A program made the position numbers and the translations under genes. From the NCBI RefSeq assembly GCF_004010195.1, contig NC_057718.1:20791635-20838264 (forward strand): a DNA stretch of 46,630 nt. The letters are read 5' to 3'. Origin of the DNA: Chiloscyllium plagiosum (taxonomy: Eukaryota). The notes beneath the pieces are model-generated. The model made no database searches. It worked only from the letters and a program-made list of their open reading frames with translations, and had not been told where the DNA came from. Of the stretch, positions 9,994 to 23,295 are shown piece by piece; position 1 is the first letter of the stretch; every line of letters starts with the position of its first letter.

Positions 9994-12900
9994 TGTTAGG
10001 GGATTCTATAGTCCGAGGTACAGATAGACGTTTCTGTGGCCAGCAGCGAAAAAGCAGAATGGGGCGTTGCTTCCCTGGTGCCAGGATCAAGGATGTCTCA
10101 AAGAGGGTGTGGACTGTTCTCATGGGGGAGAGTTGCCAGCAAGAGGTCATTGTCCACATTGGAATCAATGATATAGGAAGGGAAAAGGTTGAGATTCTGA
10201 AGGGAGATTACAGAGAGTTAGGCAGAAATTTAAAAAGGTCCTCAAGGGTAGTAATATCTGGATTACTCCCAGTGCTACGAGCTAGTGAGGGCAGGAATAG
10301 GAGGATAGAGTAGATGAATGCATGGCTGAGGAGCTGGTGTATGGGAGAAGGATTCACATTTTTGGATCATTGGAATCTCTTTTGGGGTAGAAGTGACCTG
10401 GGGGTGGGATCCAGGGAGATAGTGAGGAAAGAGATCGATCGGAGATGCGTACAGCTGAGAACAGAAGTGAGTAAAACAGGCAGGGACAAGGTAGGACTAA
10501 TAAATTAAACTGCATTTATTTCAATGCAAGGAGCCTAACAGAGAAGGCAGATGAACTCAGGGCATGGTGAGGAACATGGGACTGGGATATCATAGCAATT
10601 ACGGAAACATGGCTCAGGGATGGGCAGGACTGGCAGCTTAATGTTCCAGGATACAAATGCTACAGGAAGGAAATAAAGGGAGGCAAGAGAGGAGGGGGAG
10701 TGGCATTTTTGATAAGGGATAGCATTACAGCTATACTGAGGGAGGATATACCCCGAAATACATCCAGAGAAGTTATTTGGGTGGAACTGAGAAATAAGAA
10801 AGGGATGATCACCTTATTGGGGATTGTATTATAGACCCCTTAATAGTCAGAGGAAATTGAGAAACAAACTTGTAAGGAGATCTCAGCTATCTGTAAGAAT
10901 AATATGGTAAGGGATTTTAACTTTCCAAACATAGACTGGGACTGCAATAGTGTAAAAGGTTTAGATGGAGACAAATTGGTTAAGTGCGTACAAGACAATT
11001 TTCTGATTCAGTATGTGGATGTACCTACTAGAGAAGATGCAAAACTTGACCTACATTTGGGAAATAAGGCAGGGCAGAAGACTGGGGTGTCAGTGGGGGA
11101 GCACTTTGGGGCCAGCGACCATAATTCTATTACTTTTAAAATAGTGATGGAAAAGGATCGACCAGATCTAAAAGTTGAAGTTCTAAATTGGAGAAAGGCC
11201 AATTTTGACGGTATTAGGCAAGAACTATCGAAAGCTGATTGGAGGCAGATGTTCGCAGGTAAAGGGACGGCTGGAAAATGGGAAGCCTTCAGAAATGAGA
11301 TAACAAGAATCCAGAGAAAGTATATTTCTGTTAGGGTGAAAGAAAAGGCTGGTAGGTATAGGGAATGCTGGATGACTAAAGAAATTGAGGGTTTGGTTAA
11401 GAAAAAGAAGGAAGCATATGTCAGGTACAGACAGGATAGATCGGGTGAATCCTTAGAAGAGTATAAAGGAAGTAGGAGTCTACTTAAGAGGGAAATCAGA
11501 AGGGCAAAAAGGGGACTTGAGATAGCTTTTGCAAATAAAATTAAGGAGAATCCAAAGAGTTTTTACAAATACATTAAGGACAAAAGGTTAACTACGGAGA
11601 GAACAGGGCCCCTCAAAGATCAGCAAGGCGGCCTTTGTGTGGAGCCACAGAAAATGGGGGAGATACTAAATGAGTATTTTGCATCAGTATTTACTGTGGA
11701 AAAGGATATGGAAGATATAGACTGTAGGGAAATGGATGATGACATATTGCAAAATGTCCATATTACAGAGGAGCAAGTGTTGGATGTCTTGAAATGGGTA
11801 GAGGTGGATAAATCCCCAGGACCTGATGAGGTGTACCTGAGGACTCTGTGGGAAGCTAGAGAAGTGATTGTTGGGCCTCTTGCTAAGATATTTGTATCAT
11901 CAATAGTCACAGGTGAGGTGCTGGAAGACTGAAGGTTGGCAAATGTGGTGCCACTGTTTAAGAAAGGTGGCAAGGACAAGCCAGGGAACTATAGACCGAC
12001 GAGCCTGACCTCGGTGGTGGGCAAGTTGTTTGAGGGAATCCTGAGGGACAGGATGTACATGTATTTGGAAAGGCAAGGACTGATTCGGGATAGTCAACAT
12101 GGCTTTGTGCGTGGGAAATCATGACTCACAAACTTGACTGAGTTTTTTGAAGAAGTAACAAAGAAGATTGATGAGGGCAGAGCAGAAGATGTGATCTATA
12201 TGGACTTCAGTAAGGCATTCGACAAGGTCCCCCATGGGACACTTGTTAGCAAAGTTAGGTCTCATGGAATACAGGGAGAACTAACCATTTGGATACAGAA
12301 CTGGCTCAAAGGTAGAAGACCTTTGTGGTGGAGGGTTGTTTTTCAGACTGGAGGCCTGTGACCAGTGGAGTGCCACAAGGATTGGTGCTGGGCCCTCTAC
12401 TTTTAGTCATTTACATAAATGATTTGGATGTGAGCATAAGAGGTACAGTTAGTACGTTTGCAGATAACACCAAAATTGGTGGTATAGTGGACAGTGAAGA
12501 GGGTTACCTCAGATTACAACAGGACCTTGACCAGATGGGCCAATGGGCTGAGAAGTGGCAGATGAAGTTTAATTCAGATAAATGCGAGGTGTTGCATTTT
12601 GGGAAAGCAAATCTTAGCAGGACTTATACACTTAATGGTAAGGTCCTAGGGAGGAGGCCTTGGAGTGCTGGTTCATAGCTCCTTGAAAGTGAAGTCGCAG
12701 GTAGATAGGATAGTGAAGAAGGAATTCCATGATTCTATTCTAAATACCTGGTTTTCATTTGATCTGTAAGTTATTCATGTAATTTCAGATAGAGAAAAGA
12801 TTGTTTTGGAAGGTAAAGTTAACTAGCTTAAATCACTATCTGGGACACCAGAAGTGTACCACCACATTGCTATAGGGATAGATTTCAGAGAGATAACCTT

Positions 12901-13534
12901 TTGTTTTGGACTATTTGTGTTTGCCCACACAAACAGTGAGTTGGACTATGGAAGCACTTTGACTCAAAGAGGAAAATTTGCTAAGAGCTATAGATCATTA
13001 AGCGCGAAGGGAATAAAGAGTTAACTTGAGATGGAGTGTCCAATGTCATGAGATGCTTAAAGAAAAATGTGGGGTGGGGGTGAGGGAGCCAACTGCTCAT
13101 GGAAGGATTTCCAAGAAACTCATACCGCAAATAGCAGGAACAGTGAGGAAAATCAATGTGAATTCCCGAGTGCTGTGACACATCTTATCTTGTACCCAGG
13201 AGAAGTGAAAGAACTCTCAATCATGTAAGCTATAGGATACCACTTGGATGAAATTTAAAAAAATAGAATGAGAAGTGATCTTCACAGGATTTTTACATAT
13301 ATGTGGACTTTTTACATATATTGCTAAATTAGTAGCACTTGCTTTAATGCCTGTACAGGAGCAGTTTTTGTTTGAAATGTGAAATTTCATGGTGAAATTC
13401 TTCCAATAAATAACTGGGACTTCAAATTGCTATTTCAAGATCATAAAGATTTTAGAGAAACTGAAAATCTTTTTGTTAAACCAAATACTAATAAATATTT
13501 ACCTGTATAAAACTAAATTTTGAACAAAACTTAC

Positions 13535-13570
13535 GTATGAATTTCAGGCTGTTCTAGAAATCGCTCCACA
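13535..13570 (-). CDS. slc30a6: ZnT6 coding exon (36 nt; (S)VERFLEQPEIH(T))
   Basis: cctttgctttttctttttgagacag|TGTGGAG...CATAC|gtaagt; phase 2-2; only one frame is open; matches human ERFLEQPEIHT. Confidence 0.95.
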
Positions 13571-14179
13571 CTGTCTCAAAAAGAAAAAGCAAAGGAATTA
13601 AATTTGCTCAAGGTAAGAAAAAAACAATCATAGTGTCATATAGAAATTAAGTACAACATATCAAATAGGTTTTAAAAGCAGAAAGGTGCAAACTGTACTT
13701 TTGCAAATACAGTATTAGTGTTAATACATCAGTCACCAGTGAGATCATAGGATTTAGTTTTTTGTTTTCACAAAACATCTTTCCCAAGTTTTCACCCATT
13801 CTCCTCTTCTGATGCCAACTCAAGACAGAGAAAAGTCACAGGAATGCTGGCCACTGTACAAATACAGTACCCACATGACTACTCTGGTTAGATATTTCTT
13901 TCTCAGGCCAGGGAGGGAGAGGGTATTTGTGAAGGATGAGAGGGGACTGGGATGGACTAAGGGCTGTTAGAACCTTGGAGAGGTAGAATGCAAGGTAAGT
14001 TTTGAATCCCCAAAATCTGCCCCAGCTGAGGTCAGATAATTTGGACTGGGGACTTAAACTGGGATGATATGCCAAGGGGAACGATGCACATAATGTATCA
14101 ATAACCATTATAACTGATGATGCAACATATCAGCATTGAATATCTCGTTCAGGTTAGCAAGTAGGTAGTTTTTATAGTC

Positions 14180-15060
14180 GATAAGGGTAGGACTGGAAAA
14201 ACACAGCAGGTCAGACAGCATATGAGGAGCAGGAGAGTCAATGTTTCAAGCATGAGTCTTTTATCAGGATTGTGGAGGGGGAAGGAGGATGAGAGCTACA
14301 TTGGAAGGGGTGGGGCTGTGGGTGAAGGTAGGAGGGAAGGCGACGGATGAGGGTGGGAGGCAATTGTGATAGATTGGTGTGGAGGGTGGAGCGGATAGCT
14401 GGGAAGGAAGATGGAAAGGTCGGACAGGTCAATAGGGCAGTGCAAAGGTGGACGGACCAATCTGGGATGAGATGGGGGAGGGGAGATTTGGAAACTTGTG
14501 ATGTCAATGCCGTATAGTTGAAGGGTCCCAAGGCGAAAGGATGAAGCGTTCTTCCTTCAGTTAGTGTGTGGCTTTGAATTGGCAGTGGACACAGCCAGGA
14601 CTTGCATGTCCTTGGGGAATGGGAGGGGGAGCTGAAGTGGTCAGCCACAGGGCAGTGGGGTTGTTTAGTGCGTGTCCCCCAAAGATGTTCCCTGAAATGT
14701 TCCACGAGTAGGCATTCTGTTTCCCCGAAGTAGAGGAGACCACATCGAGAGCAATGAACACAGTAGATAAGGTGGGGGGGGAAAGAGAGAAATGTGTAGG
14801 AAATTCTCTACCAGATTGCCAGATGTGAAAAGATCCTTTGGGGCCTTGGACAGAGATTGGGGGTAGGGAGTACGGGTGTGTGTGTGTGTGTGTAAGTAAA
14901 TGTGGTTTTGGGTGCAGGTTTTGCACCTCTTGCCAGATGTGGAGGATGGGTTGGTAAAGGGCATAGAGCTAACAAGGGAGCTGCAGAAGGAATAGTCTCT
15001 ATGGAACGCTGATAGGGGTGGAGGGGGAAATATATCCTTGGTAGTGGGGTCTGTCTGTTG
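14180..15060 (-). mobile_element. Penelope-like element 3' portion (GIY-YIG), degraded, with an internal (TG)n tract at ~14876-14893
   Basis: Fragments RCKTC, CS.CGLL..G, EHFREHL...PVADHFSSPSHS; tail ctctcctgctcctcatatgctgtctgacctgctgtgtttttccag. Confidence 0.75.
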
Positions 15061-17288
15061 GTGTTCGTGGTGTACAGTTATTTTGAAATTTCACACATGC
15101 AGCGTTCCACAAGATTTAAAATTAATGGCTCATTCAGAAATCTCATTAAATATAGCTGTGTAGTCATGAACCGATAATGTTCTTAGTATCAGAAAAGCTA
15201 CATTTGTTACTTAGACAGCAGACAGGGTCTTAAAATATTTTAACAATGCCTTGTTAAAATGTACAATTCTACAACAGCTGCAGATCTACCGCATCGTACA
15301 GAAATTTGTTTTCCTAGAAATGTGAATTTCTATACACTGACTTCTATGTTCCCACAAGAATTTTAAACGTTTGAAATATTTTAACCAACCTCTGACAGCA
15401 TACCAAGCCAGGTCATTTGGAACATGAAGCTGATACAATGAACAGCTTCCTCTACATTATTCTGAAAATAAAACCAATGCCTAACTTCAAAAGGGGACAG
15501 TCAATTCTAAACAACAGCATTTTTAATTAAGGTGGTAAACTGAACCCATCAATGGCATCCAGAATTAAAAGTAATGTCAAGGAATACTTCAAATTAATTT
15601 ATATTGTGCAACAAGTTGGTGTAGTATACAGGGATATGAATTAGTATCATTAACTTGATCCCAATGAGAACACAATGAGTTGTTACCTACGTCTTTGAAA
15701 TTAAGGAAGATATGGTAGCTGAAGGAAGAGGGAAATCTGTTAGTTTTTCCACACATGATTACAATGCAGGAAATGTGTGTCTGATACGTGGTTAGGGACA
15801 AGAATGAGTTCAATAGTGCCTGATAAGACACCAGCCTGTGAAACTGTACCCTAACACAAGACAAGACTTTCAGCAATGAAGGGGAGGAAAGGAAAAGAAC
15901 ATTAAAAATGAAAATTGATTCTTCTAATCTTCACTCTTAGGTGTGAAGCAAGCATATTCTACTTTTTTCTAAATGAAAGGAAAGAAAGCACAGATCACAA
16001 GGTATCTAAGGACAGTCATTTAACCCATCCTTCCAGAAAGGAACAGTAAACAAACTCCTGCTTTTATAGTGTCCCTTTACCCTATTTCATAACTACATTA
16101 TTTAACCAAAAAATAAAAAAAGCAAGTGATGGTCTAGGTAAATTGTATAATCTGCCAGTGCCAAGGACGGGTTTCATGGAAATGATAATGCAACATAGTG
16201 AGCTTAATATCTGGCAACTTATCAAAGGTGGGGAAAATAATAAAAAAAATTGACTGTTTCCTGTATGGAAGTTGGGTAGAAGAAGACAGAGTGGTAAGGA
16301 AAAGGAACATTAGAAGTTAATTATCCTAAGCAGACCTTGAAAACGTCCAGTGACTATCTATAGAACACATGTAGCAGAATAAGTCCTGGGTGCAGATCTC
16401 CAGGTTACTACCTTGGTCAGGAAAGATCTCTTGGACTAAAATTGTTTGAAGAAATGAAAGAAATAAAAAAATATGCTTTTGAAAAACAAGTTGCTTGCTC
16501 TGTCAGTACAGATATTTGGCTGCAAAGTATTAGAAGTTGGAACCTTGGTCTCAGCTACCTGCCATGTGATAATTTCAATGACACAGAAGGAAAAATTGAA
16601 AGGGAAGGATAAATCTAAATACAAGAAGAAAATTTGAGGATCAGGAAGCTCAATCAATGTGATGCATTAAGCTAATTTACTTGTTCTCCTTAAATGTATT
16701 ACTGCAGCTGAGTTTCCTATTGTGGCCCTAAACATCATGTATGTTTACGATAGCCCATTAGCAACACCTTCATTCCACTTATATACTGACTAATCGGGAG
16801 CAAATTACTGTCATTCCATGTAGAGCAGTAAGTTACGCTGCGCTCATTATTTTTCGAAAACATAACCACAGTACCACAGTAAATGAAGATTCTTCATACT
16901 GGAAAAATTTTCATGAATTAGCCAACAATCTCTGGCATAACTAAATGTAGAACTCTTACAATTTTACTAAACAGCAATAGGTATTTGATTGAAACACTGG
17001 GCCCCGTGTTTACTGAATCTTTGGTTTGAATACCCTCAATCATTTGGAATCTGGCTGCACTTTGGTTTTACTTGCAACATTTTATTCAAAGTGCATCACC
17101 CACTCCTCTTTTTTTGGCAAGATTCTAATATACTCTCAAATTCCATAATTATTGCCTTAATGCTGAAAGGAACAATCGTGTGCTTGCATTTATAAAATAT
17201 TGATTAGCCCGATGCATGTCAGGCTAGGATAAATTTTCATGGTGAAACGTTACATGTCAATCAAAGGGAAAAGGAACCACATTCCTAC

Positions 17289-17369
17289 CTTTCTTTGAGT
17301 ACAAAGAGAGCCCCAAGCTGTGCCAGGACAGTGGCAGCGAACACTGCTAATACTTCAAACCTCTCAAAC
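17289..17369 (-). CDS. slc30a6: ZnT6 coding exon (81 nt; (G)FERFEVLAVFAATVLAQLGALFVLKE(S))
   Basis: aaatttcag|GTTTGAG...AAAGAAAG|gtagga; phase 2-2; completes the CDF-family YSFG-xERxEVL signature with the previous exon. Confidence 0.96.
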
Positions 17370-17804
17370 CTGAAATTTAAGCATCAGACAGGAAAACAAG
17401 TGTCACGATTGTAAAACAATCCATGCATCATTCTTAGTAATGCGATGTTATTCCATGCAGAGTAGAAGTAGGTGCAAGACAGAACTAAAATTGCTCTAAC
17501 ATCTCTACAGGACAAAACCTTTAAGACGGTTCAGCAAACAGACGAGCAAATATTTTCAGATTATGATTACAGACTGCAATCCTACTCAGATAGAATTTTA
17601 TAAAGCCATTTTCAATACTGTGGATGCTAATTTTAATCTTGAAAACAAAATCCTGTTATATTCAAACCTATCATCATACACAGTCTAATCTTAACTTAAA
17701 AATAAATTTCAGCAATATGCAATATATTTCAACTGAATGTGTCTTGTTTAAATATTTTCTTCCATAAGAATGTTTCCTTCTGTGAAGAGCAACTTTTTAA
17801 AATC

Positions 17805-19100
17805 CTCATTCAGGGGTTGTGGGTGTTACTGGATAGATCAGCATTAATTGCCCATCACTAATCACTTTTGGGAAGGTTGTGAGGAGCTGCCTACTTGAGC
17901 TGTTGCAGTCCATTTCATGTAGGTACACCCACAATGCTACCAAGGAGAGAGTTCCAGGACTTTGACCCAGTAACACTGAAGGGACACAGATATATTTCAA
18001 ATTAAGATGATGCGTGGCTTGGTGGTGAACTTGCAGGTGGCAGTGTTTTTATGTATCTGATGCCCTTGTCTTTCTATTTGCTTGTGGTCAAGAGTTTGGA
18101 GGGTGCTGGCTAAGGAGCCTTGGTGAGCTAATGCAGTGCCTCTTGACGATGGTATATATTGCGGTTAGTGTGCTGATGAATGTTTATGGTTTTGGTGCCA
18201 TCAGGTGGGCTTCTTTCTCCTGGATGATGTCAGGCTTCTTCTCAGTTAGAAATGCACTCATCAAGGCAAGCGAGGAATTTGGTCACAGGCCTAAATTGTG
18301 CCTTTTTAGATGATGGACAGGCTTTGGGGAGTCAGGTAGTGAGTTACTTATTGCAGGATTCCCAGTCTTATAGCCGCCATATTTATACGTCTAGTCCATT
18401 TAAGTTTCTGATCAATGGGACCCCCAAAGTGTAGACAACAGGGAACTCAGCAATAGAAATGCCATTGAATGTAAAGGGATGATGGTTAGATTGTATCTTG
18501 TTGGAGCTGGTTATTATGGCACTTTCTTCACCTGGCTCTTATGGCACATATGTTTCTTCAAACGCATCAGCCCAAGTCTGGATGCTGTTCAGGTCTTAAT
18601 TCATTTGGACAAGTACTGCTCCGGTATCTGATGGATCGCACATGGTGAATATTGGCTGATGATTGCACAATATCCCCGCTTCAGCCTTTATGACGGAGGG
18701 AAGGTCCTTGAAGAAGCAGATGAAGATGGTATGGCCTAGGAACTTCTGAAGAGATGTTCTCAGGCCAAAAAGACCAACCTTCACCAATCACAACCATCTT
18801 CCTTTACGCTAGACATGCCTCCAAGCAGCAGATAATTTGTCCACCGACTCCCACTAACTGGAGTTTTATTTGAGATTTTTGATGCTATGCTCAGGAAATT
18901 TTAGTCTTGAAATCAAGGGCAATCATTCTCAGCCCCCCCTAGAATTCAGCTCTTTTGTCCATGTTTAAATCTACACTAATGAGGTTAAGAGTTGAGCTGT
19001 TGTGGTGGAATACAAACTAAACATCAGTCAGTATGCTATTGCTAAGCAACTACTGCTCGACAGCACTGTCGATGACCTGTTCCATTATTTACTGATGTAA
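17805..19100 (-). mobile_element. Older LINE of a different family (CR1/L2 group), RT remnant plus 3' tail
   Basis: ORF 18596..18787 LGHTIFICFFKDLPS (LGP..F..FINDLP-like); tail gatgggcaattaatgctg...acacccacaacccctgaatga. Confidence 0.65.
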
Positions 19101-19124
19101 AGTGGACCAATGAGATCATACATG

Positions 19125-19415
19125 TTGGAGGCAATAGTGCACTGATATTCTCGCTGCAAACCAGATACCAGGTCATGGTCTACAGTCGAGTTTGAATTCC
19201 ACAATAGGAAATGGTGGAATGTGAATTTTTCAAAATCTTGAATACGAAGTCTAATGATGCCCATGAAACCATTACCAACTGTTCTAAAAATCCAACTGAT
19301 TCACTAATGCTTTTTAGGGAAGAAAAATCGGACGTCCCGAACTTGTCTGGCTAATATGTAGCTCCAGGCCCACAGTAATGAGATACACTCTTAATTGACC
19401 TCTGAAGTGGACCAA
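19125..19415 (+). mobile_element. Degraded SINE of a cartilaginous-fish type
   Basis: B-box-like gagtttgaattcc; body aaaatccaactgattcactaatgctttttagggaagaaaa...ctccaggcccacagtaatg...ctcttaattgacctctgaagtgg resembles a recalled shark SINE core. Confidence 0.5.
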
Positions 19416-19624
19416 GACTGAGGGTGCATTAGCTCCACTCTAGCAGGGTCAGCCCTGGCCAAATAAGGAGGAGGGAATGCTAAAGGGAAATTTAGTGAGG
19501 AATTCAACTTCAATTGGCTGGGCAATTCCCATGGAATCATCTGTGCCAGGGTTTCACATGGTCCTGATGCACAACTCCAGTCTACTCGTCTCAACAACTC
19601 TTGGACCAGAAGAGTAAGTGGGGC

Positions 19625-19895
19625 ATTAAACTATAGCCCTTCCAGATGGGCATACAAGATCCCATGGCACTATTTTGAAAAGTGGTCTTCTCCACAGTCT
19701 CCTGGTCGATTTTTAATTCTCAACTAACAACACAATTTCTGGTCATTGTCACACTTCTATTCATAGAAGCATGCCCATGAATTGGCTGTGACAGTTCCTA
19801 TACTATAACAGCAACGGCAACCAATGAAATACTTTAAATCGTGAAATGCTTTGCATTTCCTCAACAAAGGGATGCCATAAATGCAAGTCTTTGCT
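19625..19895 (+). mobile_element. Deu-domain SINE (SacSINE1-like) 3' half
   Basis: aagatcccatggcactatttt...tctggtcattgtcaca...aattggctg...ataaatgcaagtcttt. Confidence 0.7.
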
Positions 19896-20474
19896 TGCTT
19901 AATTTATGTAGAAGACAAACCGTTGGATTATTTATGAAACATTAGAAGACTATTATTGTCATTGAAATTGTTTTAATCATAAGGCATTTACTATCACATT
20001 TTGTAAAAAAAATTATCATACATAATTAAAACACTGTAGACAAGTTACTTTGTGTACTTTGTATTTTGTATAAAACAAACTGATTTCAAAGTACCACATT
20101 ACTCAATGCAAAGAGGAACTATAGTGAAGCCATATCATTATCAACATTTTTGTGCTTAATCTATGAACAAAAGTGATGGGATGAAGGACTGTAACAATTC
20201 CTTTCCACTAGGGATCCATCTGGCATGATCTGTCTTGGAGTGGGGAAAGCGGGGCATTTGCCAGGGTTAATTTGATACACTGTGGTGCACCTTGTAGAAG
20301 CTGTTTACAGTGCATTGGCAGAGACTTAGGAGGAGAGGGTGTAGAGAGAATGATCAAAAGATAAATTTTATATATTAATACAATACAAATGACTGCAAAC
20401 TATACCATAGTACTTTTTTTCTCATGTTTTCATATTATTTCACATACTTTGTGATGAGACAATGAAAACACTTC

Positions 20475-21422
20475 TTTTATATAAATGATTTGGATGAGAT
20501 TACAGAAGGCATGGCTAGTAAGTTTGCAGACGACACCAAAATTGGTGGCAATTGTAGACAATGAAGAAGGTTTTCTAAATTACAATGGGATCTTGATCAA
20601 ATGGGTCAATAGGCTGAAAAATGGCAGATGGCGTTCAATCTGGATAAATGCAAGGTATTGCATTTTGGTACAACAAACAAGGGTGGGGTTATATAATCAA
20701 TGGGAGGGCCTTGGGTAGTGTTATAGAATAGAGGGACTTAGGGGTGCAGGTACATAATTTTTTCAAGTTTGTGTCACATACAGACAAGGTGGTTAAGGAG
20801 GTGTGTGGCATACTTGCCTTCATTACACAGTTCTTTGAATATAGGAGTTGGGAAATCATGTTGAGGTTGGACAGGTCACTGGTGAGGTGTCTTCTGGAAT
20901 ACAGTGTCCAGTTCTGGTTGCCCAATTATAGGAAGGATATTATTAAACTAGAGAGAGTTTAAAAGAGATTTCCTAGGATGTTGTTGGTTTGAAAGGTTTG
21001 AGTTATAAAGAAAGGCTAGATGGGCTGGGGCTTTTTTCACTGGAGCATAGCAGGTTGAGAGGCGATCTTCTAGAAGTTTATAAAATAATGAGAAGTTTAG
21101 ATAGAGTTAATGATAGTTGTAGGCTGGGGGATTTCAAGACTAGGGGGCATATTTTTAAGGCGCGAGGAGTGAGATTTAAAAAAGACACAAGGGGCAAATT
21201 TTTCACACCGAGTGGTTCACGTGTGGAATGAAGTTCCTAAGGAAGTGTTGGATATGGCTCCAATTACAACTTTTAAAAGACTTTTGATTAATTACATGAA
21301 CAGGAATGGTTTGGAGGAATGTGGGCCAGGAGCAGGCAAGCGGGACATGTTTAATTTCGGATTATGATCGGCATGGACTGTTTGGGCTGAAGGGTCTGCT
21401 TCCGTGCTGTATGACTCTATAA
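20475..21422 (+). mobile_element. 5'-truncated CR1 LINE with tail
   Basis: YINDLD..FADDTK, EYSVQFW, LGLFSLE..RLRGDL, TRGH..K; tail gggtctgcttccgtgctgtatgactctat. Confidence 0.92.
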
Positions 21423-21599
21423 CCTGATCTAACTTATTGGTGAAATGCAATTGCATTTCCAAGTACCGAAAGCAGGGAACTATAATCAGTTAGCTTAATA
21501 TCTTCACACGGAAAATGCTGGCATTCATTGTTAAGAAGGTGAAAGTAGATTACTCAGAAAATCTCAGTGTAACCAGGCCTCTACTGATTCTATGATATA

Positions 21600-21900
21600 C
21601 ATTGATGTGACCTCATCTGGAGTCTGGTGGACAATTTTGGTCTCCTTAATTAAGGATGAACATAAATGTATCAGAAGCAGTGCAAAGAACGTTCATTTGA
21701 CCAATTCTTAGAATGAAAAGGCTATCTTGTGAAGAAAGGTAGAACAACTTCAGGTTGCATCCCTTGGAGTTTAGAAGATTGTGTGGTGATCTTGTTAAAA
21801 CATACATGATCCTGAGGGAACTTAACAGGGAAAATGCTGAACTGGTGATTCACCTGGTGCGAGAAATTCAAACTAGGGGACACAGTTTACAAATAAGGGT
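21600..21900 (+). mobile_element. Old CR1 3' fragment
   Basis: cctcatctggagt...ttttggtctcc, ttggagtttagaaga..ggtgatctt, aactaggggacacagtttacaaataaggg. Confidence 0.7.
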
Positions 21901-22519
21901 TTTTTTTGTTTAAAGCTGTTTCAGATTGCTCGAACTGGATGGCTAGCCAACAGTGGAATATATTTCCCTCTGACTTTCAATAATGTCACCTTCGCCTTGA
22001 ATAGTGCTTTAAAAATCAGAAAAAAAAAATTTAGTCCCCGAGCTCATAGACTGAAATCAGAGAATGAGATTGCAAAGCTAAGTAAGGTGCAATATTAATG
22101 GAAGAGAAAATCATGTAGAGATTCCATGTACGTAAAATAGGGACAATTGTGCAGGTTAAGATGATAATTCCCCAAAACAGGAATTAATTTTATTAATTTT
22201 GATTTTATTTTGTACTCCCCACTACCAATTATGCTTTCAAAGTTAATAGCCATGTGATCAAAGAAAAATAAATCTTTGCAGATTTCATAGTGGAATTGCC
22301 ATGTTATGTGGATAATGTAAATACAATACATAGGAACATTACCACCAATATTGTTTCCTGTAGAACAATCTACAGTTAACTGAATATTCAGAGCTTGGGT
22401 TCATTCATCAGAACATTGATGCAAGTTAGCATTTGTGAACAGCACGTATGGCAGAGTATGTTAGGGCTCTTGTGGCTTAGTGGTAGTGCCTCTATCTCGA
22501 AGCCAGGAAGTTCCTGAAG

Positions 22520-23295
22520 TCACTGTTCACAATGTGGTCTCCTCTACGTTGGGGAGATTAAATGCAGGCTGGGTAACTTCTTTGAAGAATGCTCGTGCTC
22601 TGTCCACAAAAACGACTCCGGAGTTTTCAGTTGCTTGCCATTTCAACAAACCAGTGTGTTTCTGGCCAACACGTTTGTTGCAGGCCTGCAGCAGTGTCCT
22701 AGTGAGCCTTAGCACAAGTTTGAAGAATAACATCTCATTTTCCACTTGGGGACCCTGCACCCTTTGGGACTCAACAGAGAGTTCAATAACGTTATAGTCT
22801 GATTCAATGCTTTTTAGTCATCACCCACCCAGTCTTGTTATGACATGGATAGCTTGTAGCCAGTGAAGAAGGGTCACTGGACCCAAAATGTTAAGTCTGA
22901 TTTCACTCTACAGATGCGAGCAGACCTGCTGAGTTTTTCAGCAATTTCTATTTTTGTCTCTTGTAGCCCTGTCACCCACTCCCACATACCCCTAGGTCCA
23001 TTATCACATTAAATGGATTGCATTCAGCATAGCTAATATATTTTCTAATTCTTTATTCTTATTATCATTATTCAGCTATTCTTCTGTTCTGGTCTACTTG
23101 TTTACCTACCCTTTTCATCTCTCTCTCTCTCTCTTTCTGTTGCCCTCCCCCCCCCCCCCCGCACACCTTTCCACTCATTCCCCATCCCTCAGTTTGGTTT
23201 CAGCATAATTACCAGTCTTCCTAGCTACGGTTCTGATGAAGTCAACAGACTTGAAATGTTAACCCTGCTTTCTTCCCACAGATGCTGCTACCCCA
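22520..23295 (+). mobile_element. Penelope-like 3' fragment(s) with two successive decayed hammerhead/tail segments
   Basis: CSQCGLLYVGE..CRLG..F.E.....VACHFN; gtgaagaagggtcactggacccaaaatgtta (~22863) and ctgatgaagtcaacagacttgaaatgtta (~23233), each followed by acagatgc. Confidence 0.65.

Larger units (their letters stand above)
6361..12722 (+). mobile_element. Near full-length CR1 LINE (5'UTR; ORF1 zinc-finger plus SGNH esterase; ORF2 APE endonuclease plus RT), degenerate and interrupted by a hAT transposon
   Basis: ORF1: CTSC..CHKC at ~7426-7500, then VLGDS, PGA, HIGIND. ORF2: LNCIYFNARSL (~10505), ITETW, DFNFP, SDHN, KSPGPD, NYRPTSLTS, QHGF, DFSKAFDKV, GVPQG, FADNT. Collinear with the copy at 33000..36829. 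Confidence 0.95.

Noticed and set aside
13497..13512. Minus-strand ttttatacag|gtaaat 32 nt into the intron (alternative donor or recursive splice site)
   Set aside because: Using it as a donor creates an immediate in-frame TAA, and it is too close to the exon to be a plausible recursive site. No further support.
13548..13612. Plus-strand exon-like segment (tttcag|...AAG|gtaaga; CSRNRSTLSQKEKAKELNLLK)
   Set aside because: It overlaps the real minus-strand slc30a6 exon and its polypyrimidine tract. There are no partner exons and no recognisable homology.
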